DNA of 64,000 nt from a virus. The stretch lies in the IMG/VR virus record IMGVR_UViG_3300047325_000170, positions 47,161 to 111,160 of that record; one strand, given 5' to 3'. The notes beneath the pieces were generated by a model, which saw only the letters and a program-made list of their open reading frames with translations, was not told where the DNA came from and did not search any database. Position numbers and translations under genes: made by a program. This document shows, piece after piece, positions 18,929 through 32,000 of the stretch. Each line of letters opens with the position of its first letter. The first letter of the stretch is position 1.

Positions 18929-19612
18929 TTAGCTCCTATAACTTGCCGCGTAGCGGATCACTCCGTCGGACGTAGCGGTGTCGATGTGGGAGACGAGGCG
19001 CCGTAATTCGTCACCGAACTGGTCTCGCAGGATGGGCCGCGCTTCACACGCACAGCGCCAGTATTCGATCCGACCACCAGAAGCACGGAAGGGGTCGGCA
19101 TAATTGACACGGTAGGCGGTCAGGACTCGTTGCGGAAGGGTCATCGCCGCATCGGCCCAGGTCACTTCGTAGACGATGTCTTCAGCTTCGGGGTTAACTT
19201 GGTACTCGAAGTACCAGAAGACCATGTCTTGAAGTTCTGCGCCCACGGTGGACTGCATGAGGACCTGCTGCTTGTGTTCGTTATCGGAGCTCATGCGGCG
19301 GGAACGATGGCGTTCGTAAACCGCAAGGTAGCCACGGCCGAGGCAGAGGGGGCAATCTGTTTCGCCCTCGCCTTCGACTTCGTTCCAGCACTGGCAGTGG
19401 ATCTGCAAGTTGAGGCGCTGGACGAGGACCATCTGGCTGAAGGGCTCGAGGAAGTTGTTAAAGACCGAGCGGATGTTGAGGCCCGTCTCGATCTCCCCCG
19501 CCTCCGGGGGCACGAGCTTGACCGGAGTCCGGGTCGGGGTGAGGATCTGAGGGGGACGGCCGAAGGGAACAACCGCTGGTGGTTTACGAGGGGGCTGGTT
19601 CCAGTCGGACAT
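18929..19612 (-). CDS. Putative neck/head-closure protein with Cys cluster
   Basis: CQCWN...CPLCLGRG; position between head and tail genes. Confidence 0.5.
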   Translation of the reverse strand: MSDWNQPPRKPPAVVPFGRPPQILTPTRTPVKLVPPEAGEIETGLNIRSVFNNFLEPFSQMVLVQRLNLQIHCQCWNEVEGEGETDCPLCLGRGYLAVYERHRSRRMSSDNEHKQQVLMQSTVGAELQDMVFWYFEYQVNPEAEDIVYEVTWADAAMTLPQRVLTAYRVNYADPFRASGGRIEYWRCACEARPILRDQFGDELRRLVSHIDTATSDGVIRYAASYRS

Positions 19613-19671
19613 GGGGCTCCTCAGAGGTGCATAGTACTGGCGCTACCCGGTCTTTTCTTGGCCTTCAGGCG

Positions 19672-21387
19672 TTAAAAGCGGCGTCGTGACCGAGGGTCAT
19701 GGACACGGTAGGGAAAATTCCACGTATCCTCTTGGCCGAAGCTGCCCGCACCGCGGAGGGAGCTCTGGCCGCGGGCATAGCCCCGGTTGGAGTGCCCACG
19801 CAGGGCATCCTCAAAGGGCTGCATCTCGAGCTTGATCTCAGAGATCGCCTGCGCCAAGTTCTCCTTGAGGGCACTTGATTCTTGATCGTAGCTGAAGTCA
19901 CCAAGCATAGCCTTGGGCTTGACGAGGAGCGAGTAGTACTTCATTCGCAGGAAGTCGAGCACGGACTTGAGGCGGACATACTCCCGCACATACCAATTTG
20001 GGTTATTGACGTTGAAGCTGATCGGCGGCTGGTAGATCTGCCACTGGGCGTCGACCTTCGTCGGCCAGTAGACCTGGATCCAGATGGCATGAAGGCTATT
20101 GCGCCGGATGGTGAACCAGATATCATCGTCCGTGAGCTCGGGGATGAAGAAGTCCGTCATCTGGCGGATTGAGCGCACAGAGTTAAAGACCGGCTTCCAA
20201 GCCGTCGTGAAGCTCCATTCCTGGGGCGCTTGAAACTCCTGAAGGTCGAGGGTCAGGGTATAAAAGTTGTTATCCTGCCAGTACGTCTGGGGGACATCCA
20301 TCGTGATCGTCGTGTAGGCGCCATCAAAGCTCCCCGCCGGGGCAACCCCGGAGAGCTTGCCGGCCATGAGGATCTGCTGGTAGGAGTCAACCGGTCCGGG
20401 AATAGTCACGCCGCCTCCGCCGAACTGCGAGCCGTTCAGGGAGGGGGTGAAGATTGGCCGGAAGTCACCGGGCGTGAAGGTCCCGTCGACGGGGACTCCA
20501 ACGACCCGCAGGCTGTGCTCCCCGATCTGAGCAAGGGAGATCTCCCCTTGGATCTTGATCTCGATCCGGTTGGGGTAGTCGTCATCGGGGATATTTGAGA
20601 CCCCCGGCATCGGGCAGGCGGAGACAACCACCGGGGCAAAGGCCGTCGGGGGGATGACGCCCATTGGAGCATCGTCGGGGGTGACGGTCCCATAGGTCGG
20701 GTTGCCATAATAGAAGCTCGAGGCATCTGACCAGCCGCCGGGAACCGCCGAGCCTGAGTAGACGGTCGTGGCCCGGACGCGCCACCAGTATTCCTGGTTG
20801 TAGGCGAAGGGCCGGGCGGGAGTAACCGTCGTGAGGGTCTGATTGTACGTGTCGGTCGGGAGCGGCCAGTAGATGTTCCCGAAGGTGTTATCAATCGAGA
20901 CCTGGATGTCGTAGTACGTGGCCCCGGTCACGGCTGAGAACGAGAAGGTCGGCTGGGCGGCAACGGCCGTCTGCTCCACGGGATACATGAGCGTGGGCGT
21001 GGCCGGCACGCCGATATTCGTCGTGCGGAACTGCCAGCTTGCGAGGCCGACGAAGCCATTTCCCGTGATGTCCCGGATGCCCGTGATGTTGTTGCTAAAG
21101 GCGTCGACCGTCGGGTTCGTGTCCCCAACGAGGGTGACCGAGTAGGTCGTATTGGGCAGGAGGCCGCCCGTCGGGATGATCTGGAGCTGACGGTTGGCGT
21201 AGGTGTAGGTGAAGGGAACAGGTGCGACGGTGCCCACGACCTGGAGGGAGATCGTCGCAGGTCCAAGGGTCGTCTGGTCGATGTCCCGCAGGAAACTGAC
21301 GCCGATGATCTGATTGGTTAAGATCCCCGTCGCATAGCGGTCAGGCTCGACCCGTGTAATCAGATTCGAGGTGGTAAAGTCAGCCAC
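19672..21387 (-). CDS. Ig-like/FN3-domain virion protein with probable head-tail adaptor C-terminus
   Basis: Ig-like pattern (IIPTGGLLPNTTYSVTL...WQFRT), FN3-like pattern (YDIQVS...YWWRVRA...GGWS), helical C-terminus. Confidence 0.6.
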   Translation of the reverse strand: MADFTTSNLITRVEPDRYATGILTNQIIGVSFLRDIDQTTLGPATISLQVVGTVAPVPFTYTYANRQLQIIPTGGLLPNTTYSVTLVGDTNPTVDAFSNNITGIRDITGNGFVGLASWQFRTTNIGVPATPTLMYPVEQTAVAAQPTFSFSAVTGATYYDIQVSIDNTFGNIYWPLPTDTYNQTLTTVTPARPFAYNQEYWWRVRATTVYSGSAVPGGWSDASSFYYGNPTYGTVTPDDAPMGVIPPTAFAPVVVSACPMPGVSNIPDDDYPNRIEIKIQGEISLAQIGEHSLRVVGVPVDGTFTPGDFRPIFTPSLNGSQFGGGGVTIPGPVDSYQQILMAGKLSGVAPAGSFDGAYTTITMDVPQTYWQDNNFYTLTLDLQEFQAPQEWSFTTAWKPVFNSVRSIRQMTDFFIPELTDDDIWFTIRRNSLHAIWIQVYWPTKVDAQWQIYQPPISFNVNNPNWYVREYVRLKSVLDFLRMKYYSLLVKPKAMLGDFSYDQESSALKENLAQAISEIKLEMQPFEDALRGHSNRGYARGQSSLRGAGSFGQEDTWNFPYRVHDPRSRRRF

Positions 21388-21420
21388 GAGGACCCCCTAC
21401 ACCAAGCTGCGGTACCCTAA

Positions 21421-22089
21421 CTAGACGAGCGTTGCGAAGTTGACCGAGGCGACATTCGGTACGTGGACTGAGCGGGAGATCGAGGGACCGTGGGGCGCCA
21501 GGGGCTGGCCGTAGGGGAAGAAGGGCTGCAGGTTTGCTGTCGCTGCGTTGATCGGCAAGCTAAAGACGAAGGTGTAGAGGGTGTTCTTGGGCTCCGTGAT
21601 GAGGTCATTACTGATCAGGGAGAGGTTCCAGTTCCCATTGGCGTCCGTGGTCGTCGAGACCGAGTTTGCCAGGATCAGGTTCGTCGCGATAACCGGACCT
21701 GAGGCGATGAGGTTAGCCGTGACCGTGGCATTGACCTGAGCGGAGCCATCCTGATTCTGGAGGGTCCCGAAGACCTCACAGAGCGGGGTCTGCTCGTAGG
21801 TCGAGACGTAGACCGGTCCGGAGGACGAGGTCAGGCTCGTTGTCATGTAGCTCGGCATGAGGTTGCCGACCACGAAGAGGCAGAGAGTTGCTTCGGGGAG
21901 GGCCAGCTGGGTGTGGCCGTAGATGTCGGTCACCCCAGAGGCTGCGGCCAGGTTGGTCGTCTGGAACTGGGTGACCTGGGCGGCTGAGAGCCCGAGGGGA
22001 GCATTCGTGTAGGCATAGACCGGCAGCGCCGAAGCCACCGGCGTGAGGGTCGTTAAGAGGAAGGTGACGTCGTACAGGCCTGCGGCCAT
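21421..22089 (-). CDS. Hypothetical virion protein (beta-sandwich type)
   Basis: 222-aa ORF behind AGGAG; TTTDANGNWNLSL motif. Confidence 0.55.
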   Translation of the reverse strand: MAAGLYDVTFLLTTLTPVASALPVYAYTNAPLGLSAAQVTQFQTTNLAAASGVTDIYGHTQLALPEATLCLFVVGNLMPSYMTTSLTSSSGPVYVSTYEQTPLCEVFGTLQNQDGSAQVNATVTANLIASGPVIATNLILANSVSTTTDANGNWNLSLISNDLITEPKNTLYTFVFSLPINAATANLQPFFPYGQPLAPHGPSISRSVHVPNVASVNFATLV

Positions 22090-22183
22090 GGAATTCTCCT
22101 CATCCGAGATCTCGTGCCTTTCTCCTTACCGTCTTACATAGTACGGGTCCGGCGGGGGCGCTACCCTACCGTTCGAACACCGC

Positions 22184-22348
22184 TCATGGCGTCGTTACGC
22201 GAACCCAATCATAAGAGAACAGACCAACGCTGCCTATGCGGTTGTCCTGTTCCTGGTCCTTCGCATCCTGGCGCAGAATGAAGGCGTCGAGCTTGCCGTC
22301 CACGCGCATCAGCAGCTGAAGGATGAGTGGCTCTTCATGCTCGCTCAT
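22184..22348 (-). CDS. Small hypothetical protein (54 aa), possibly a chimeric remnant
   Basis: ATG overlaps stop of upstream gene; MSEHEEPLILQLLMRVDGKLD...SYDWVRVTTP. Confidence 0.4.
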   Translation of the reverse strand: MSEHEEPLILQLLMRVDGKLDAFILRQDAKDQEQDNRIGSVGLFSYDWVRVTTP

Positions 22349-23082
22349 CGGCGGAATACCGCGCTCATGTTCGTGAGCTTCTGTGCCGCAGTAAGGCGCG
22401 CGTTGTAGACCGCAATGTTTTGGACAATCATTGTCCCCCAATAGCCGCCATTGAGCCCACCGACAATGAGGCCGCCGGACAGTGTTCCGCCGGATGGCGA
22501 AGCGCCGCTGCCGACTTGAATCCCGTTGACCGAAGTGTATTGGTCAGTCCCGTCCCATTCAGCATGAAAGAGAATCGCACTGAGGCCGCTATAGATGCCC
22601 GTAATGTGATTATTGCTGTAGTCACTGTAACCCAGGCCGTAGCCGTTCATATTGTTCCACCACGCGAGCCCTGTCGAACCCGTGTTGTTGGCGCAACAGA
22701 TTCCGTAGGTGTTGCCGTTGTCATACTGATAGTTAATCAACAGCAATTCAATGCACCAGGAACCAGACGTTGGGATAACGCCCGCCGCGCTGAGCTTGTC
22801 GGCACTGTTAGCGGAGTTGCAAAAGACAGCGGTCTGTCCGTCGTTCAAAAGACCAGGAACGCCCACGATAGCTGACCCGCTAACCGTCAAGGTAGTAGAG
22901 CCAACGCTCGCAGCGAGAGATGTCGAACCGCTCGCATCGTTGCACCGCCACTGATGAGTGAGACTGCTAATGTTTTGCTGCGCTTGGTGCAGCGTCGCAT
23001 ACGTTGTCCCGCTTGCAGCGAGGACCGTCGTTACGCCTCCTGGTATGCAAAGCGTTCCTGCCGCGTATGATGATTGTGCCAT
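22345..23082 (-). CDS. LamG/concanavalin A-like lectin-domain protein (candidate receptor binding)
   Basis: WRCNDASGST...SWCIEL...WDGT..YTSVNG...IVGG...IAVYNARLTAAQ pattern; follows the fibre gene; RBS GGAG. Confidence 0.65.
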   Translation of the reverse strand: MAQSSYAAGTLCIPGGVTTVLAASGTTYATLHQAQQNISSLTHQWRCNDASGSTSLAASVGSTTLTVSGSAIVGVPGLLNDGQTAVFCNSANSADKLSAAGVIPTSGSWCIELLLINYQYDNGNTYGICCANNTGSTGLAWWNNMNGYGLGYSDYSNNHITGIYSGLSAILFHAEWDGTDQYTSVNGIQVGSGASPSGGTLSGGLIVGGLNGGYWGTMIVQNIAVYNARLTAAQKLTNMSAVFRR

Positions 23083-23090
23083 GATCGCTC

Positions 23091-26000
23091 CTAAGTAATG
23101 TAGGCCGAGATAACGGCCGTCGAACTAGACTGATAGGAGGAGTTGGAGCTGACGTTTCCGCCCGCGTTGCTGATACCGTTCGCCCCTTGCTTACCGACCA
23201 AAAGACACGCGCTGCGCGCTGAGTCTGCCGGATCGCAGTGGTACAAGTCTGCCCACGGTGGGTAGCCAATCTGATAACTACCGTGACTGACCAAGCCAAC
23301 GAGAACAATCGGCCAGGAGCCTGCAGGCGGTGTCCATGACGGGAGTCTCACGAGATACGTTCCCGTTGCATCGGCGGCACTATTGATGGTGATGGATCGC
23401 GTACCTTGCACTTCCCAAACGATGCACGCGCCTTCGTCCGTGTTGTTCCAATTGAAGGTAACGGCAGTGTCCGAGGCACTTGCCTTCTTGAAGATTGCAA
23501 CGCCGGAATAGGGCGAGGTGGTGTGGCTCGAAACGCTCGTCCAACCGGAAGGCGTGTTGAGCGTTTGGCTGGGGCCGTCCCAATAGACGAAAGCGAAGAG
23601 CGTGTTGCCGCTCGCTGCTGCTGTTCCCGGAAGTGTTGCGGTGATGCTTGGCCCCTGCGTGCCGAACGTACCCGCCATCGCTGATTGAATGATGGTGAAC
23701 GGATAGCCACCCGTGACCGTCACCGGATACGGCGTCAGCACCGAGACGCTCGTTCCCGTGATGCCTTGCACAATGCAGCTGTAGGGTGTTGAACCATCCG
23801 TACTTGGGAGCTGCACAAGCTCTCCCACGTTGAGACTTGGCGCAGACGTAAAGCTCATTGTGCCCGTGGATCCAGCAGCCGGCGGATAGAACGTAGACGC
23901 CAGCGCAGGATAACTCACGCCACCGCCACCGCTGCCTCCCGAAGAAGCGATAGTGAACGTGTTGCCGCTTTGCGTCACACCGCTTCCGGTGAGGGTGATC
24001 GCTCCGGTGACTGTGGAGCTTGGACCGATAATGGACGTGACACCTGATGCGCTACCGCTGCCGGATGTGCTGCTGTAGACGATGATGGAGCTGCCGGATC
24101 GCGTGACCGTCGTTCCGCCGCTGCCGACAAGTGCAAGGGTGCCGCTCGCCCCATTGAGCGTTGTGACGCCGCCACTTGTCGTGCCACCACCAAGGTTCGC
24201 GAACTGATAGTTCTTTGTGCCGCCAACGCTTGGCACATAGAAGATTGCGCCGTAGTCGTTCGTGAGTCCAGAGCCTGTTGTCGTTGCTGCTTGCGAAGCA
24301 ACGGCACTTGGGTTGGAGATATGCTGCGTCACGAGGTAGGTGCCAGCGAGGTCAAGGGTCCAGCCACTCGAAGCAACCGCCGTGCCTGCGCCACCGGAGA
24401 ACGTCTGTATCGCGAAGCTCAAAGAGTATGCGGGCACGGAGATTGAGGCCGTAGGATTGCTCGACGTTGCAACCGGAGTGGACGGCGTACCCCAATTGTT
24501 CACTTCATACATGACGTTTTGCGAGCTGCCGGTTAAGGCCACGCTTTGGTCAGAGCTGCCCGCTGAGGTCTTGGTAAAGACCGCCATGTTGTAACCGCTT
24601 GTATTATAGAAGGTCATCGTCCAACCGGAAGGCACCGACGGTTCTCCCGTGTTGTAGTACATTCCGAGGATAATGAGCAGGTTACCAACGGTTGGCGCAG
24701 ACACAAGTGATGCCGTCGAACTTGCGTAAGCTGATGAGTTTTTCTGCACCACCGATGGTTGCGGTTCTTCAGGGTTGTAGACGAGCGCATAGCCCAGCTG
24801 CTGCGTCGTTGTATCTACATCGGTCAGCGCCGCAAGGGTTGTGGCGCTTCCACCCGCACCCGTGCTAGAGATATTGATTGCGGAGCCTGAGACGGTCAGC
24901 GTGATATTGCTGCCCTGTTGAAGGGTGACGCCGCCCGTCAGACCATTGATCGAGGTAACGCCACCTCCACCAGAACCACTCGCGGTTGAATTGATGGTGA
25001 TCGCGGTGCCGCTCTGGACAACGGTGATGTTGGTACCAGCCTTGATGGCAAGGGCACCCGTTGCGCTATTGAGGCTCGTGACGCCGCCCGGAGATCCACC
25101 GGCAACGACAAAGCTGCCCGCCGCTGTCCCTGGCGTGACGGTTGTTCCACCGCTACCGAGGAGCGTGATTGGTCCCGTGTCGCCATTGAACGAACTGACC
25201 AGGCCACCAGAGGCAACGCTGCTGATGGTCAGGGTGCCACTTGAGGCGGTGATCGTGGTGCTGCCCGATCCCACAATATTGACGGGACCGAGGACTTCGG
25301 TGCCGTTGACGCTGATTGGCCCGCTGATGGCGACGAACTCGTAGGGCTGATTTGCGTTCGCGGGTGGAATGTAGAAGAGGCCATACGTGCCCGCGCCAGC
25401 TGTGGTGAAGGCATTGGCCGTTAAGGTCGGTGTGTAGGTTGTTGAGCCATTTGCGGTAATGGTCTCGGTATCGAAGGCCCAGGAATAGCCAGATCCTACG
25501 GGCGGTGTCGGACCTTCGTAGTCGGTCCAGCCGCTCATCGGGACCGGGAAGCTAGACGAACGATTCCCGAAGGTTGCAACGACAAGAGAATTGATGACCG
25601 GTGTGACACTGAGCGTTCCGCCCGTCGTGGAGAATCCGGTCGTCGTTTGGGCGCCGGCGGGCGTTCCCGCATTGGCAATCTCAAAGAGTTGGACGCTTGT
25701 CGCAGTGTTGCCGCTGCTTAAGAAAGTGACGCCCGTGTCCGTGCCGCTCGCGATCTTGTAAGCGGCAGCGGCAGTCTGGTAGTTGTTGGTCTGTGTGTAG
25801 ATGCTCGTCCAGCCCGAAGGGAGACTGTACGGGAAGCCATCGGCGAAGATGACAAGGAGCATCATGTTCCCTTGGATCGGCGTCGTCGGGAAGCTGAAGG
25901 TGGTTGGACCCGCGGCAGTACTCGCAAAGGAGACCGTCTGCCGGATGGTCGGGGATGGATTATAGGTTAGGTAGGTACCAAAGGCTTGCGTGCTCGTTGC

Positions 26001-29000
26001 GACGTCGGAGAGATTCGCGAGGGCATTGAGCTGCGGCACCCAGCCACCAGAAGCAGCAAGGTAGGTGAGATTGGTATTGTTGCTCGGAGATCCACCAACG
26101 TAGTCTTCGAGCATTTCGACCGTTGGATTGTAATAGAGGACCGCAGAACCGCTGCCGATAGATGAACTTCCTGCCGTCCATCCCGTGGTCTTGAGGGTCT
26201 TAACCGTCAGTCCCGTTGCGCTTGCAACATTCGTGATCGTGAAGATCGCGCTATTGCTCGCACTTGCGATGTAAACGTTCGTGTTCGGTGCGTAGAAGGC
26301 GGTCGTCGTAACGGGCAGCGTGCCGCTCGAGGCAATCGCCGGGATTGCAAAGCTCGAAGAGGTGGTAGCTAAGCCTCCACCGCCCGCGCCACTGAAGGCG
26401 ATGAGCGAGCCATTGGGAATGTTCGTTGCCCCACCTTGCACCACGGTCTGCACCGTGAGTGTGTTGGTGAGGATGTTCATGTTCGTGATCAAGCCAATAT
26501 ACGGGTAGTCCGTATTGTTGGCGATCTGCACATAGACATAGCCATTGCCGAAGATACCGGCGCTGCCGACACTGACAGTCGTTGTTTGCCCAACGATGGG
26601 CGGCGAGAAGTTCTGGGTGATCGTTGTCGCACCCGCTCCGCCGCCGGGGTTCCCCTGCGCACCTGGTGGTCCGCCAAAGGTGATGACGGTTCCAATGGAA
26701 AGCACTTGGCCGACGGTTGCTGAACCAAGGCTGATGGTCTGGATCGTTAAGGTGCTGCCGGAGACACCGGTGACATAGCCTTCGTAAGCGAAGGTGCCAC
26801 CGCTCGGCAACTGGACATAGACGCCGGCTGGGAAGGCATACGCATCAGCAACGGTGACGGTCGCAGCATTGCCCACGTTCGGAACCGTGAAGGTACCGAC
26901 AAGCGTTGTTGCACCGTGGCCAGCCGGTCCGCCCGATCCCGCTGGGCCCGTCGTGCCCTGCAGACCTGTTGGACCCTGGGGACCCTGGATGCCCGTAGAG
27001 ATCCCGGTCCAGGTGACGAGACTTCCCGAGGCAAGGGGTGCATAGGTCGGTGAGTAGACGGTCGTGGCGCTGATGGAACCCACGGCAGTGCCCACAACCG
27101 TTCCGACGTAAGGCGAAGGACCGTTGCTTGCGCTCGGAACAAGGATCTGATTGCCTACTCCAAAGGCGGTGGAGTCGACAACCGAGAGGACACCAAGGGC
27201 ACCCGACGCAGGCGGCGTGAAGGTCGCGTTAAGAGTCGTTGAGCCATGGCCGGATGGCCCGGTTGGGCCGGTGGGACCAACACTTCCCGTTGGACCCTGC
27301 GATCCTGTTGCGCCTTGCGGTCCACTGAAGGTTGCAATCGCTCCCGGAGAGAGAGTCGATGAAGTCCCAACGATGAAGGTTTCAACGGTGAGGGTATTAC
27401 CGCTCTGCGCGGTAACTTGGCCGAAGAAGGGACTCGTTGTCCCGTTCTCAACAAGGATGTAGCTTCCCGGGGGGAAGGCCGTGCCGTCGAGCACATACAT
27501 CGTGCCCGTTGCATTGACGCTCGGAACGGAGTAGCTACTCGTGAGCGAGGTTGCGCCATGGCCTGGTGTGCCGCTCGAGCCCCGTGCGCCGCTCCCTGCA
27601 CCCGAGCTGTTGACGACAACACTGATCGAGGGCATCGAGCCGCTCGAACTTGACCAACTCCAGCTCGGCACATACAAACTCGCAGAGTTGCCCGGAGATC
27701 CATAGACCTGGACATCGAGGGGATACGCGCCCGCACCGATGACGCCTTCGCTCGTCCACCCACTTGCCGCCGCTGTTCCGGTCGAGGTGCCGCTCTGCGT
27801 GAAGCCTGCGAGCAAGAGGCCGCCATTATAAGTGGGGATGAGCCCCGCGCCATTGGTCGTTGTGGAGATGTAGCTATTTGGTTGAAGCGAACTCCAGCCT
27901 TGGATCTCTTGGAGGTAGTAATTTGAAGCCGCGCTGCCCGCATAGGAGAAGCTGTACGCGGTCTCACCCGCGAGCACAACGTGCGCGAAGAGATCGAGTT
28001 CGGCATTTCCGTTATTGACCGTTGAGACAAGGTCCCAGACACTTGTCTGCGGCAAGACGGGAGCGTCAGTCTTGTGCGATGCCCACACAAGGACGAGATC
28101 TCCAGGTACAGCAGAGCTCGAGAGGGTAAGGGTCGTCGTGCCCGCACCGGTGTTGGTTGCGCTCGTGTGCTGGTAGATGACCGGCTGTGCGGTCGACGCC
28201 GGTTGAATGAGCAAGAGACCGGTATTGCCGTAGTTCTCATTGCTGGTAAAGCTAATGTTGTCCCAGAGGGTTGAAGCAGAGACGCTCGAGGTGTTGGGCC
28301 CTGTAATTGGCCCCAGCTGCACGCAGTGCGGCGAATAGAGCGGTTCGGGATCGGAGATGATAGACCAGCCACCGTTATAGGTTGGCAGGTTGCCCGTCCC
28401 GATGTTGAAGAGTGCGAGAGGTAAGCAGTAGAGTGCATTCGGCCCAAGGCTCGGTGTCGTCTGCGCGGCCGCAATTGCGGTGCCTGCCATGGCATGCTGA
28501 ATGATGCCTGCATTGGCAACTTCAAGGACGGTAACGGCCGTGTAGTCGCTCTGCGAGAAGGTAAAGGAAAGCGTGCCCTCACTGCCTACGGCCTGCTTCG
28601 TGTAGACCGCAAGGTTGTAGGGGAAGTGGTTCGCAAAGTCGAGCAGCGAGAAGCCCGAGGGAACCGTCGGGATATTGGTTCCCATCGCCGATGAGTAGGT
28701 GAGGATCGCAATGAGCGTATTGCCCGACGTTGGCTGTGCAACGTTGACGCTGACCGAGTTCGTGTCGGTGTTGCCGCCATTGCTGTTGACAACTTGAACG
28801 ACGTAGGGTTGCTGGACCGCAACCGATCCAATGGTGCCAATAGGTTGACCGGCGGGTCCTTCCGCACCACTGTTGCCCACTGTCGTATTCGAGGGGATGG
28901 GAGAGGTTGATCCCGTTTGAATGGTGAGGAGTGTTAAGCCCGTCGTGCCGATCTGAGCAAGGACCTGACCGATGTAGGGTTCAAGGCCGCCGGTAGAAAG

Positions 29001-32000
29001 CAAGACGTACGCACCGACGGTGTAGGCGGTGTTGTTGACAACCGAGAGGGTGTTCTCTCCACCCACCGCTGGCACATCAAAGGCGGCGGTGGTCTGCGTG
29101 ATACCGCTTCCCGTTGGACCCGTTGGGCCCGTTGGTCCCGTCGGACCGGTTGGGCCCGTTGGACCAGTTGGTCCCGGCGGTCCCGCCGGATTACCAGAGA
29201 AGGTAACGGTAGCGCTCGCGGCAATCGTCCCTGAACTTCCCGTTTGAACGGTCGTGACGTAGAGGTTCGAGGTTCCGCCGCCGCTGAGAACTTGTCCAAT
29301 GTAGGGCGAGACCGTTCCGTTGGACACGAGCAGATACGCACCGTTCGGGAAGGCGATGCCATCCGAGACCGAGAGCGTTGCGCTTGTGTTATACGCAGGC
29401 GGTGAGAACGGTGCCGTTGTGTAGGTTGCGCCGGGGCCGGTGGGGCCTTGGGGTCCCTGGACACCGGTTGGGACACCGGTGAAGGTAACGAGAGTCCCCG
29501 AACTGATGACGCTGCCCGCCGAGAGACTGCCGAGGTTGATCGTCTCGATGCCAAGGGTCGAACCGGAGTTGCTGGAGATCTGGCCTATGTAGGGCGACGC
29601 ACCGCCGGTCGGCATGAGGATGTAGGAACCAACCGGGAAGGCCGTTGCGTCTTCGACCGTGACCGTGGCTGAACTATCGACCGTCGGGACCGTGAAGTTC
29701 GCAGTCGTCAGCGTCGTGCCGTGACCTGAGGATCCCGTAGCACCCGTTGGCCCCTGGGGACCAGAGAAGGTCACCGTTGCACCGGAATGGATGACCGCGA
29801 CATTGGCTTGCTGCACGGTCGTTGCGGTGATTGCACCGGTCGTCAGATTCGCAGCGGTGATCAGGCCAACATACGCGACCGTTCCCCCATCGAGGACGCT
29901 TGAGATCAGGGCATAGGCACCCACAGGGAACGCGGTTGCATCAGCAACGTAGAAGGTTGACGAGGCACCCGCTGAGGGATTTCCAAAGTCGGCGGTTGTT
30001 GTTGTGGTGCCGTGATTGTTGGAAGTGATATTCTTCCAGGCCGGCAGCGCTGAGTTGTACGCCGTCTGGACAAAGAGCGAAGCTGTACCCGTCGAGTCGG
30101 AGTTCAGCATCCGATACGAGCCCTGGTTCTGTTGGTCGTTCGCGTCGGCGAAGGAACCACTGAGCGGCGGATCCGCCGAGCAGGTGATCGTGATCGGGAG
30201 GGTCGAGCTATCGACGGGGAAGAGGCGAATACCTAAGGTCTGGCTGTAACCACTAATCGAGGGGTTCTCAGGTCCTGGCTTGTAGCCCGTTGCATACTTG
30301 CCAACTTCGAACTGCGGGGTTGCCCAGAAGACATTCCCACCGGAGATCCCGCAGTGGTTCGTCTGTTGGATGACGCGCACGTAGAGTACCGAGCCATCGG
30401 AAGGACACTGCCAGGTAACCGAGACGATCCCTGACTTCCCCTTCGTTTGGTACGCGTTGGCGTAGTCGGTTGTATAATTGAAGTTCTGCGCGTAGCCCGG
30501 GGTCGCAGCAGTCGTTGCATCGACAATGCCCCAGAAGGGAAGGTTGCTCGACGTCGTAACGTAGGTCGCGTCAATGTAGCCCGAGAGCGTGTAATAACTT
30601 CCCGGGATGACGGGGATCGGCACCTGGCTGACGATGTGGCCGTCTTCGCCGGAGAACGTTGGGCGTGCGAAGATCGCATTCTCAACGCCCGTCGTATCAG
30701 CAGTCGTCCCACGCTGAACGCCAAACTTGACGCCATCGACCTGATAGCCGGCCCAGTACGGGTTCCAGATATCGGAGCTGCCAGCGAAGCCCGAGCTATT
30801 GAAGTCACTGGCATCAAAGTTCGAGTCCGTGATAAGGTTCGGGTTCGTTGAAGCAAGCCCCGGTGGATTGAAGGGCACGGCCCCCGCCGAGGTCGTGATC
30901 GGGGTGATGTACGTCTCGGTGCCACTCGTCGAGATCCCCGAGACCGCGAAGTCCCAGATGACACCATTCGAGAGATCTTCAAAGGTGTAGGTGTACGTAC
31001 CAACGAGAGGCAGGTTGTTGAGGTCGGGATCGGCGAGATCTTGCGCGGGGATAATATCCCAGCCCGACCAGTACGGATCTCCGTCCTGTCGCACCCAGAC
31101 GTGCAGATTCCGCAAGCTTCCATCGAGGGGCTGATTCTGCACTTGGAAGGACACAACGTAGGCTGTCGTGATGCCGTTGATCGAAGGAATCGTTTGGACA
31201 GCAGGAATCGCAGCGGGAATACCACCACTGCCCGCCGGTACGCCAGCGGTGACTTGGGGCACCCACGCCGTGTTGTTCGCCAACATGTCGTTCGTGAGGC
31301 CCATCTGGCCATTGAACCAGCTATCGGCAAAGACGCTGATGGGACCGGTAACTTCGCCTGTGGAGATGTAGCTCGCCCCGAAGTCAAAGAACTTTGAGGA
31401 GAGAGGCACACGGCCATAGGAGTAGGAGATCGCCTGACCTTCAGGGGGCGACGGCAGGCCATTGATGTTGATCTTGTCGGCGAGGATCCAGGGATAGGTC
31501 TTCGGGGGATCGATGCCGCCGGGATCAAGCGATCCAATGAGGATCGTTGCGGCGTGGTAGCCCTGTTGATACCCCGTCTGACTCGAGGAGTTGATCCCAA
31601 AGGTACAACTGATGGGCGTGACTTCATCTTGCGTCAGTGAGAGCGAGTGAGCCGAAGCACCCTGGTAATAGTTTTCGTCGTAGGCACTTGAATAGCCGAC
31701 GTAGCCATCGAGAGTCCAGCCCGGTGAGAGAACCGTTGGATCAAAGCCCGGATCGTCAAGATGCAAGCCGATCCACGAGATCGCAAAGTCGGCAAAGACG
31801 CGCGGGGTTACGGTCTGGCTTGTGACCGATGCTGATCCATTCGCATTAACGATAGAGTCGACGACATCAATCGTTGCTGTTGGGCTGACGCCACCGAGCT
31901 CATAGCAGAAGATAAGCGGGACGCCATAGATGAAGGTGTTGTAAACGTCCTGCGTCAGACCGCTTGCGGCGTCTTCTGCTGTCCAGAACTTGTAGAAGAC

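Noticed and set aside
22345-23400. Diversity-generating retroelement target in fibre tip or LamG gene
   Set aside because: No template repeat or reverse transcriptase seen in the window.
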